Shown here one piece after another: positions 1-5,997 of a DNA stretch of 7,411 nt. Made by a program: the position numbers and the translations under genes. Each line of letters starts with the position of its first letter. Within the stretch, counting starts at the first letter, position 1. This DNA is from a virus. Lineage: Duplodnaviria; Heunggongvirae; Uroviricota; Caudoviricetes. The stretch lies in the IMG/VR virus record IMGVR_UViG_2698536341_000008; one strand, 5' to 3'. The notes below the pieces were generated by a model. The model saw only the letters and a list, made by a program, of their open reading frames with translations, made no database searches and was not told the DNA's origin.

Positions 1-251
1 CCCCGTCAGTAGCTGAACAGGAGGGACAGCTGATAGAAACAGAAGCCACTGGAGCACCTCAAAAACACCATCATACACTAAATCAGTAAGTTGGCAGCAT
101 CACCGCTACATTCAATAGAATTCTGGACGGTTTTGATATCTCTGATGAAGTTACGCCAAAGAACCTTAAATTTAAAAATAAATATTGCGTATCATCTATT
201 GATGATGAGTAAACAACAGGAATTGTTTCGGTATAACTTCTGGAGTTTTCT

Positions 252-425
252 ATGGAAGATCAAAAAGCAACCAAGCCACAGGTTAAGTTCGACACAATGA
301 AAGCATTCATAGGTATGGGTGCTGCTGTTGAAGTTCTGATGAAGGCTGCTCCTAATGCGTTCACTCACGCTACTGTCTCTGGTAAAGAGCAGCAGGGTAA
401 GCTTCGTCGTCGCAAAGCAGCATGA
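252..425 (+). CDS. Small hypothetical protein, 57 aa (MEDQKATKPQVKFDTMKAFIGMGAAVEVLMKAAPNAFTHATVSGKEQQGKLRRRKAA); absent from the ORF track
   Basis: ATG at 252 preceded by GGAG (242-245) with a 6-nt spacer; strong G-first codon periodicity; stop at 423-425 followed 20 nt later by a strong intrinsic terminator. Alternative internal start ATG 297 (42 aa). Function unknown. Confidence 0.35.
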   Translation: MEDQKATKPQVKFDTMKAFIGMGAAVEVLMKAAPNAFTHATVSGKEQQGKLRRRKAA

Positions 426-444
426 TCATAGCTGGTGCTTTTTG

Positions 445-471
445 AAAACCCGCCTTTAGGCGGGTTTTTTC
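445..471. terminator. Bidirectional rho-independent terminator between convergent genes
   Basis: GC stem CCCGCC (449-454) / GGCGGG (459-464) with loop TTTA, extended by A-run 445-448 and T-run 465-470. The T6 tract serves the plus strand; the A-run gives a shorter U-tract on the minus strand. It sits between the stop of the + small gene (425) and the stop of the - gene (473). Confidence 0.7.
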
Positions 472-472
472 T

Positions 473-754
473 TTAGTGATGTTCTTTGCCCTTCTGTTTG
501 CCTGTTCTGACCTGTTCCCACTCGATACGTCCTTCTTCTCGTCTTTTGTCTATGTATTCCGCAAGATCCTGAATATTGATGCAACGTTTTGCTTTTTGTG
601 ATGTGCCGATGCGATATGTTGGAACGGGCAACTTACAAGCGTTTGCTTTTGCTTCTGCTGTGGCTGGACTCATACCAAAGTACTTTTGGCTAACTGCTGA
701 GAGTTCAATGTTTGAGGTATTGAATTCAGCCATCAGTAAAAACAAGGTGTTCAT
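473..754 (-). CDS. Excisionase-like (Xis/RDF-type) small DNA-binding protein, about 93 aa; start uncertain, ORF track extends to 829 with a TTG start
   Basis: Segment SQKYFGMSPATAEAKANACKLPVPTYRIGTSQKAKRCINIQDLAEYIDKRRE follows the pattern I recall for small winged-helix excisionases (Tn916 Xis-like layout). Preferred start ATG 754 has GGAGAA 5-6 nt upstream; the 829 start would overlap the upstream gene by 35 nt. Last gene of the leftward operon, followed by a terminator. Family assignment is from memory, not a search. Confidence 0.45.
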   Translation of the reverse strand: MNTLFLLMAEFNTSNIELSAVSQKYFGMSPATAEAKANACKLPVPTYRIGTSQKAKRCINIQDLAEYIDKRREEGRIEWEQVRTGKQKGKEHH

Positions 755-794
755 AAATTTCTCCATTATCCCGGCTGCACCCGAGGGTAATATA

Positions 795-1661
795 TTAATT
801 AATAGCATCTTTGCTCTGAAGTACAGCAAATGCCATTAATACCTCTAAAGTATATCGTCTATAAAACTTAACGAATCCAACATAAAAAACATAGACGAAG
901 AAAAAGCTAAGTAGCGTCGAAATAGAAATATAAGACACCGCCCCACCTTCTATAGCACGATAAATTAATGTTAGAAATGATATCCAAAATGTAATTACAA
1001 ATACTAAACAAATATTTCTGCAAAAACCATATAATGCAACATAGTTTTGAATTTTTGTTTGATGTTGATTAGAAAATTCATAGACGTAATGATAAGCCAA
1101 TCTGAAAAGATCATCATGAAGACCTGTCCTGATGTTTAATAATTTATCGTCTATTCTGAATTTTTTTTCATAACCTTCTTTGATCATTAGCCATGTGGTA
1201 TTAGCTAATTGAAATGGCAATGATTGTGAATAACATAGTTTTTGAGTGGCGTAATCCCATGGTATTATCGGGAATAACATTACTTTGATTATGCAGTATT
1301 TTATTTTTCTCTTTGTGTCTTCGTTCTGTTTGTCACTTGATGGTGTTAAGACGTTTTTTTTGTCATCTGATAACTTATTAAATAGATATTCTGACGGATA
1401 TTGCAATTCTTCGTTCATATATTTTTCAATAAAAAATGCGGATGTGATAGATATAAAGTGTCCAGCTATGTAAGATATGATTACTATTGAACCATAGTTC
1501 AAAATGCCAAAGATTTGACTTTGACCTCTGAGCAATTCAGTTAAGTCAATAACAATATCTAGATCGAATGTCAAACCACAGAAATACATTAATAGGATAA
1601 AAAAACCACCTGGTATTAAATATCCAAGAAAGTCATAGAATGAGAATGGATTTTGATTCAT
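795..1661 (-). CDS. Integral membrane protein of unknown function (about 288 aa, two N-terminal and two C-terminal hydrophobic helices flanking a ~140-aa soluble domain); AT-rich moron
   Basis: Long minus-strand ORF. ATG at 1661 with GGAGAG 5 nt upstream (track start 1685 is TTG). Four hydrophobic segments, e.g. FLGYLIPGGFFILLMYFCGL, IFGILNYGSIVIISYIAGHFISITSAFFI, LYGFCRNICLVFVITFWISFLTLIY, ISISTLLSFFFVYVFYVGFV. GC content roughly 25-30% versus about 50% in flanking genes. Confidence 0.7.
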   Translation of the reverse strand: MNQNPFSFYDFLGYLIPGGFFILLMYFCGLTFDLDIVIDLTELLRGQSQIFGILNYGSIVIISYIAGHFISITSAFFIEKYMNEELQYPSEYLFNKLSDDKKNVLTPSSDKQNEDTKRKIKYCIIKVMLFPIIPWDYATQKLCYSQSLPFQLANTTWLMIKEGYEKKFRIDDKLLNIRTGLHDDLFRLAYHYVYEFSNQHQTKIQNYVALYGFCRNICLVFVITFWISFLTLIYRAIEGGAVSYISISTLLSFFFVYVFYVGFVKFYRRYTLEVLMAFAVLQSKDAIN

Positions 1662-1769
1662 TGTTGCTCTCCAATAATTTTTCAATTTGTAATATAACCT
1701 ATATCTATATGTTAATAAATTACTTATATGTTCTTTTATGGCAGAGTTTGAATTCGTACGTGCTGATTT

Positions 1770-2294
1770 TTACGACTCAGTTAACTCTTTAAAGCGTTCC
1801 ATAAACATCCCATAGGCATGGCCTGGCGACAGTGGAATAACTTTGAACATCTCTGTTGCCGGGATACCTTCCAGTACAGGCCAGAAAGAGCCATCATCAA
1901 GCCCGAGATCGCGGCGTTCGGTTGCCAGCATGATGAGATCGGCATATTTCACAGGCGTGCTCATAACCGTGGGTAACCCGTATTTCTCACGGATTACGGC
2001 GTCTATTTTTTCTTCCATCCGTTTATAGTCAGGAAGAAGACGTTTCAGCGGCGTGGGGATGTCCTGGCAATACGCTTCTGTTGCATCATGCATTAACGCT
2101 TCAAAAGCAAATTCCTGCGGCACCAGCTGGCTGCAAAGCACCGCATGTTGGGCGACACTGTAGAAGTGTGAAAGATGACCGGCAAAGCGACAGATATTTG
2201 AAAGGGAAACCGCGATATCGTTAATCACGATGTCGTCTTTATTTATCCTGTCATAATAAAAATGCTTCCCGGAAAAAGTTTTAATAAATGACAT
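1770..2294 (-). CDS. HD-domain phosphohydrolase, YfdR-like 5'-deoxynucleotidase family (prophage-encoded)
   Basis: HD signature ...FEALMHDATEAY... plus upstream His-containing motif (RFAGHLSHFYSVAQHAV). ATG 2294 (MSFIKTF...) has GGAG 6 nt upstream; track start 2324 is GTG, 10 codons further up. Family recalled from memory. Confidence 0.7.
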   Translation of the reverse strand: MSFIKTFSGKHFYYDRINKDDIVINDIAVSLSNICRFAGHLSHFYSVAQHAVLCSQLVPQEFAFEALMHDATEAYCQDIPTPLKRLLPDYKRMEEKIDAVIREKYGLPTVMSTPVKYADLIMLATERRDLGLDDGSFWPVLEGIPATEMFKVIPLSPGHAYGMFMERFKELTES

Positions 2295-2387
2295 TTTGTT
2301 CTCCGCGTATATGTGCTGCACCACGCTGAATTCTGGTAAAAGGAAGCCCTCACCATCCGGCGATTATTGAGTCAATTACGTTTCCAT

Positions 2388-2409
2388 AAATGCCCCCGCA
2401 GGGGCATTT
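2388..2409. other. Perfect 9-bp hairpin (AAATGCCCC-CGCA-GGGGCATTT) in the intergenic region, no adjacent U-tract
   Basis: Inverted repeat read directly: 2388-2396 pairs with 2401-2409, 4-nt loop. No T-run on either strand, so not a canonical terminator; possible processing or protein-binding site. Confidence 0.4.
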
Positions 2410-2421
2410 GCAGTAATGAAA

Positions 2422-3246
2422 TCAGGCGGTGAAAGTACCAATAAAGGTTTCTACTTTGCTGTCTTTGAATTTCTCAACAAGCAGATCACGAAATTCGTTA
2501 GCCATTTCTTCCTGCACCGCCTCCAGCTGAATAATGCGCAGAACCAGTACAGGACGATCGCCAGTGATAATGCTGAGGCGTAATTTAAATGGACGTTCTT
2601 TCAGACCTTCAAACGGAACGCATTTAAATTCAAATGCCACTGGCATAATATCTTTGGTTTTCGCTTCGACAGACTCCATCAGGGAGCGTTTGCCGCTGAA
2701 GTCATTATCTTCAAAATCAGCGGTCTGGTTTGCTTCAATCGTGATTTTACGGACAGCCGCAGCCGCTTTTGTTGCCTGAATAGCGTCACCATTAGCATCA
2801 AAGCCCACAAGGTAGTCGGCCCAGTCTTCAATCCATTCTGCCAGTGACTTCTGGGAATGACGCTCGCCATTAACAGACAACAGAGCAGAGAACGGTGCTG
2901 TCTTTTTCAGTTTGAGAGTGGCAGTGTTATCTGCGTGACCTGGCTCATCAATAGTACCCAGGTTAAGCACACTGACGGCACGCATATTATCGGCATCGAT
3001 AAAGCAGCGGGTGCCTTCATCTGCAAGATCTTTAGAATAACGAGTAAAGTCATCGATGCTGGCAGTGGAAAGCGCACCACGGAAACGGAAACGATTTAAA
3101 TTAAATTTTTCCAGATCATGAATGCGGAAATTCTCAGGCAATGCCACAGCATCGGCACCAATCTTACTGATAATTTCATTAACACCCTGAGCAGAAATAA
3201 GGGCATGGATTTGATTAATTGCGGTTGCGTCTAAGTTCTGAGACAT
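2422..3246 (-). CDS. DUF2303-family prophage protein, YfdQ-like (274 aa)
   Basis: Uninterrupted 274-aa ORF; ATG 3246 with GAGGA 6 nt upstream. Length and sequence resemble my memory of E. coli prophage protein YfdQ; function unknown. Confidence 0.65.
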   Translation of the reverse strand: MSQNLDATAINQIHALISAQGVNEIISKIGADAVALPENFRIHDLEKFNLNRFRFRGALSTASIDDFTRYSKDLADEGTRCFIDADNMRAVSVLNLGTIDEPGHADNTATLKLKKTAPFSALLSVNGERHSQKSLAEWIEDWADYLVGFDANGDAIQATKAAAAVRKITIEANQTADFEDNDFSGKRSLMESVEAKTKDIMPVAFEFKCVPFEGLKERPFKLRLSIITGDRPVLVLRIIQLEAVQEEMANEFRDLLVEKFKDSKVETFIGTFTA

Positions 3247-3311
3247 AATAAGTCCTCACTATATAAAAATATTCAGTGATGAGAGAAATAATCAGTTTAT
3301 TAAAAACGATA

Positions 3312-3674
3312 TTAATGACCTGCTGCGCGGAGTTTTCCGTCAGGTTCACCGGCAAGAGTCAGTAATTGTCCCTGGTCTTCCTGCAGAATAGTCAGGCGAC
3401 CACCGCGATTGACATACATCGGCGTTTCGGTGGTGTCTTCTTCGGAAATTTTCCCGCGGTTAGTCGGGCGAACATATGAGAGTTTGTGTTTGATTTTCAC
3501 ACGGTTCTCATCAAATGGTTCGATTTCCAGGTTGAGCGAGACCTTACCTTTGGTTTTCGTATTCATCACACCGGAAGCGACTTCACTGAGAACAGCGCCG
3601 ATTTTGGTTTCAAATACGCCGCCGTCCAGCTCCCCGATAAATGCCTGCACATCAGTACTGCGTTCGCTAGCCAT
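3312..3674 (-). CDS. Hypothetical prophage early protein, 120 aa (first gene of the leftward operon; YfdP-like size and position)
   Basis: ATG 3674 (MASERSTDVQAFIGELDGGVFETKIG...) with GAGGAG at 3682-3687 and a 7-nt spacer. The ORF-track extension to 3860 adds a Cys/Arg/Gly-rich, non-protein-like N-terminus with no RBS and is treated as leader. Confidence 0.7.
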   Translation of the reverse strand: MASERSTDVQAFIGELDGGVFETKIGAVLSEVASGVMNTKTKGKVSLNLEIEPFDENRVKIKHKLSYVRPTNRGKISEEDTTETPMYVNRGGRLTILQEDQGQLLTLAGEPDGKLRAAGH

Positions 3675-3722
3675 TTTGCTGCTCCTCATCATATCGACCC
3701 TGCAAGGTCGGTTGGTTTCTCC

Positions 3723-3811
3723 ACAAAACAGAGAAGAACACCTGCGGTGGCAGCCGCCCGGATGGATTGGGTTATGAGCCCGTCGGCCGGTGATGCTCTT
3801 CTCTGTTTTGT
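3723..3811. repeat. 15-bp perfect inverted repeat (ACAAAACAGAGAAGA ... TCTTCTCTGTTTTGT) forming a long stem with a 59-nt structured loop
   Basis: Read directly: 3723-3737 is the exact reverse complement of 3797-3811. Lies immediately downstream (minus-strand sense) of the leader terminator U-tract and about 35 nt upstream of the RBS of the 120-aa gene. Confidence 0.8.
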
Positions 3812-3857
3812 AAAAAGAGCGGTACCAGCCGGAAGCAAGTGTACAAACTGGTACCGC
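3811..3857 (-). terminator. Candidate intrinsic terminator inside the early-left leader (10-bp GC-rich stem GCGGTACCAG/CTGGTACCGC followed by UCUUUUUA on the minus strand)
   Basis: Perfect 10-bp inverted repeat 3819-3828 / 3848-3857 with a 19-nt loop; plus-strand A-run 3811-3818 gives the U-tract on the minus-strand transcript. The loop is longer than in typical terminators, so efficiency is uncertain. Confidence 0.5.
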
Positions 3858-4288
3858 CAAAGCAGTGGCTGTTGTGGTGACCGGTGCTGATCTCCGGCTT
3901 GCGGTTATTTCAGACTCTCACGGGCGTTTAATTGCCCCGCCGAACAGCTCTTTTCCGCAATAGCTGCAATGTCTTTCGCGCATCAGCCTGCGCATTCACC
4001 ACAACGCTGAGAGCACTTAGCCAGTTACGGCACCACACTTTGTCGCGGTTCCATAAATGCCCTCATCGTTGCACCCTGGTCTCTTCCCAGGTGTCAAACC
4101 GAACCGCCACGCTGGTTAGGCGTCTTATCAGCATCATCATTGACTTGCACATTCCGGCTACCTGGTTTGTTTGCTCGAGCAAGGAGTGGATTGTCCCCTT
4201 TAACGTCCCCAGACCGCTAACGACGCATGTGCCATACGCCGTGTTACAACCAAATTTTGTTAGTACCTTGTTTGTTTGTCTGGAAAGA

Positions 4289-4341
4289 AAGATAAAATGA
4301 AGTTGCGCATTATGCAAGTGTTTTTATTGCGAGATATGCAA
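4289..4341 (-). promoter_or_regulatory. pL-like early-left promoter with two operator-like 15-bp sites (OL)
   Basis: Two copies of TTGCG-N5-(A/T)GCAA-type imperfect palindromes at 4303-4317 (TTGCGCATTATGCAA) and 4327-4341 (TTGCGAGATATGCAA), matching a site in the cI-cro intergenic region (5110-5124). On the minus strand: -35 TTGCAT (4312-4317), 17-nt spacer, -10 TATCTT (4289-4294). Confidence 0.45.
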
Positions 4342-4354
4342 TTTAAAGGGTAAT

Positions 4355-4376
4355 GAAAAGCCACCTTTGGGTGGCT
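4355..4376 (-). terminator. Intrinsic terminator downstream of the repressor gene
   Basis: Stem AGCCACC (4359-4365) / GGTGGCT (4370-4376), loop of 4 nt, followed on the minus strand by UUUUC (plus A-run 4355-4358); 20 nt past the repressor stop codon. Confidence 0.6.
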
Positions 4377-4396
4377 AATTGATGAGGAGGTAAGGG

Positions 4397-5089
4397 TTAA
4401 TTGTGTCGCTTAAGGGTTTGTGACTGGCTGATTAAGACCTTTCCAAAGACCATAAACCGGTGTTCATTTTCGCTGGTAATTCCCCATTCACGGTAAATCT
4501 GGTTATCAGAAATCACCAGTAGTTTGTCAGGTATCATTTGCAGTCGTTTGACATAAATTTTATCATCAAAACCAAATACATAGATACCATCTCCATCAAA
4601 CTGATTGATACTGACATCAACGAAGATGAGATCTCCTGGCTCAATGGTTGGACACATACTGTCCCCACGAACGTTGATAACTTTAATGTGATTGGCTGGC
4701 CGTCCGCCAAACATCGATACAGCATTATCAGTTCTGTATTCAATGGCATGAATCACATCAATGACATCACCGCCCTGGATAAGGCCATTTCCCGCACTGG
4801 CACTGACATCCAGCATTTCAATACGGAATACATCCTTCACCTGCGCAACATCCTCACTAATACTGTTTTTAAATACAGTATTACTTTTGACGTCTGAGGT
4901 AAAGAGATCAGCAATATCAACACCTAAGCTCCTGGCAATATTACTCAGGGCTTGTTCAGTGAATTGTTTCTGCTTACCTGTTTCCAGGCGTGAGATATTC
5001 GCCGCATCCACTCCTATTGCTTCAGCGAGATCGGCGATTTTCATGTTCTTCGCCTGGCGAAGTTGTCTGACTCGGTTTCCTATGTTCAT
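4397..5089 (-). CDS. cI: CI/LexA-type prophage repressor: N-terminal XRE-family HTH plus C-terminal S24 peptidase (autocleavage) domain, 230 aa
   Basis: N-terminus IGNRVRQLRQAKNMKIADLAEAIGVDAANISRLETGK resembles 434/P22 repressor HTH. C-terminal domain carries the Ser/Lys dyad motifs GDSM (..VRGDSMCPTIEPGDLIFVD..) and ..YVKRLQ.. / ..FGKVLIS... Candidate Ala-Gly cleavage site in the linker (SASAGNG). Divergent from the cro-like gene. Confidence 0.9.
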   Translation of the reverse strand: MNIGNRVRQLRQAKNMKIADLAEAIGVDAANISRLETGKQKQFTEQALSNIARSLGVDIADLFTSDVKSNTVFKNSISEDVAQVKDVFRIEMLDVSASAGNGLIQGGDVIDVIHAIEYRTDNAVSMFGGRPANHIKVINVRGDSMCPTIEPGDLIFVDVSINQFDGDGIYVFGFDDKIYVKRLQMIPDKLLVISDNQIYREWGITSENEHRFMVFGKVLISQSQTLKRHN

Positions 5090-5186
5090 GCGTTTATTAC
5101 ATTTCTTTATTGCGCGTTAAGCAAATCAACTTGCGCAAAATATTTGCGTGAAATAATATGCTCATCACGCAATATGTGGAGGTAAT
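5090..5186. promoter_or_regulatory. Divergent PRM/PR-like promoter-operator region between repressor and cro-like gene
   Basis: Operator-like site TTGCGCGTTAAGCAA at 5110-5124 plus TTGCG repeats at 5131-5135 and 5144-5148. Candidate PR: -35 TTGCGC (5131-5136), 17-nt spacer, -10 TAATAT (5154-5159). GGAGG (5178-5182) precedes the cro ATG. No Shine-Dalgarno precedes the repressor ATG. Confidence 0.6.
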
Positions 5187-5447
5187 ATGCAATCACCATT
5201 ACGGAATGTGCGTAAGACGCACGGATTTACTTTGCAGCATGTTGCTGCTGGCGTTCAGGTCAATCCAGCGACGCTGAGTCGTATTGAAAGACTGGAACAA
5301 ATTCCATCTATCGATCTTGCAGAACGTCTGGCCAATTTTTTTAAGGGTGAAATCAGCGAAATGCAGATTCTTTATCCGGCACGTTTTCAATCTAGCCAAA
5401 ACCAGAATGGGTTTAAACCACAGGAACAGGAGGTAAGCCGTGGGTAA
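5187..5447 (+). CDS. cro: Cro-like XRE-family HTH regulator (86 aa)
   Basis: HTH segment FTLQHVAAGVQVNPATLSRIERLEQ; GGAGG 4 nt upstream of ATG; divergent from the repressor; 3' end overlaps the next gene start by 8 nt. Confidence 0.8.
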   Translation: MQSPLRNVRKTHGFTLQHVAAGVQVNPATLSRIERLEQIPSIDLAERLANFFKGEISEMQILYPARFQSSQNQNGFKPQEQEVSRG

Positions 5448-5997
5448 TCATAACTGGAAAGTGGAAAAACAGCCTGAGTGGTACGTGAAAGCTGTCAGAA
5501 AAACTATCGCGGCGTTGCCGGAGGGTTACGCTGAAGCTGCTGAGTGGCTGGATGTAACAGAGAACGCATTATTTAACCGCCTTCGTGCCGATGGCGATCA
5601 GATTTTCCCGCTGGGATGGGCAATGATTTTACAACGTGCTGGTGGCACTCACTTCATTGCTGACGCTGTGGCGCAGTCTGCAAATGGCGTCTTTGTGTCT
5701 CTTCCTGACGTCGAGGATGTGGACAATGCCGATATTAACCAGCGTTTACTGGAAGTCATTGAACAGATCGGCAGTTATTCAAAACAGATTCGTTCAGCAA
5801 TCGAAGACGGTGTAGTGGAACCGCATGAGAAGACAGCAATTAACGACGAACTGTATCTTTCAATTTCGAAGCTCCAGGAGCATGCAGCACTGGTCTACAA
5901 AATCTTCTGCGCTCCAGAAAATAGTAACGCCCGCGAGTGTGCAGCTCCGGGCGTCGTGGCGTCGATTGCTTCTGGTTGTGGAGAAACTAACGCATGA
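5440..5997 (+). CDS. CII-position regulatory protein (185 aa) with HTH-like segment; function inferred from position only
   Basis: GTG start 5440 preceded by AGGAGG (5428-5433) with a 6-nt spacer; translationally coupled to cro upstream and to the next gene downstream (ATGA overlap at 5994-5997). HTH-like stretch AEAAEWLDVTENALFNRL. Family not confidently recognised. Confidence 0.6.
   Translation: MGNHNWKVEKQPEWYVKAVRKTIAALPEGYAEAAEWLDVTENALFNRLRADGDQIFPLGWAMILQRAGGTHFIADAVAQSANGVFVSLPDVEDVDNADINQRLLEVIEQIGSYSKQIRSAIEDGVVEPHEKTAINDELYLSISKLQEHAALVYKIFCAPENSNARECAAPGVVASIASGCGETNA

Larger units (their letters stand above)
3675..4288 (-). other. About 600-nt ORF-poor, GC-richer, hairpin-rich 5' leader or candidate structured ncRNA between the pL-like promoter and the first early-left gene
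   Basis: No ORF with a credible start/RBS on either strand (only TTG-start or antisense ORFs with odd composition). Multiple perfect inverted repeats: 3723-3737/3797-3811, 3819-3828/3848-3857, 12-bp palindrome 4171-4182, GCGCA/TGCGC 3979-3983/3990-3994, 3827-3833/3893-3899. Confidence 0.35.

Noticed and set aside
80-96. Similarity to the lambda attP core (TAAGTTGGCA)
   Set aside because: Only a 10-mer match with no conserved flanks; insufficient to call an att site, so noted only as a hint in a finding.
146-152. CTGATGA heptamer (hammerhead ribozyme core-like)
   Set aside because: No flanking helices or GAAA element in the right arrangement; a 7-mer is expected by chance at this window size.
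91-300. ORF-track 69-aa ORF on the plus strand
   Set aside because: TTG start, no RBS, odd composition; overlaps in another frame the better-supported small gene at 252..425.
3675-3860. N-terminal extension of ORF 3312..3860 (182 aa)
   Set aside because: The extension is Cys/Arg/Gly-rich and non-protein-like with no RBS, whereas the internal ATG 3674 has a GAGGAG RBS; the extension lies in the structured leader.
576-3890. Other track ORFs overlapping the early-left genes (576..839, 1285..1473, 1843..2028, 2534..2779, 2679..2870, 2857..3099, 3409..3777, 3486..3890)
   Set aside because: All lie antisense to, or in alternative frames within, the better-supported long minus-strand genes and lack RBS and plausible composition.
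3918-3995. 25-codon Arg-rich micro-ORF (MRRLMRERHCSYCGKELFGGAIKRP) on the minus strand in the leader
   Set aside because: Superficially like an arginine-rich antiterminator motif, but too short and the nearest SD-like sequence (GGTGA) abuts the ATG; not supportable without translation or conservation evidence.
3932-4317. ORFs 3932..4300 (+, 122 aa) and 4063..4317 (-, 84 aa) in the leader region
   Set aside because: Plus-strand ORF is antisense to the operon with Arg/Cys/Thr-rich composition; minus-strand ORF starts with TTG inside the promoter/operator and has no RBS. Both look like chance ORFs in GC-richer non-coding DNA. A divergent N-like protein cannot be fully excluded.
4534-5120. Plus- and minus-strand ORFs overlapping the repressor gene (4534..4749, 4538..4897, 4761..5120)
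   Set aside because: Shadow ORFs in alternative frames or antisense to a well-supported CDS; no RBS and poor composition.
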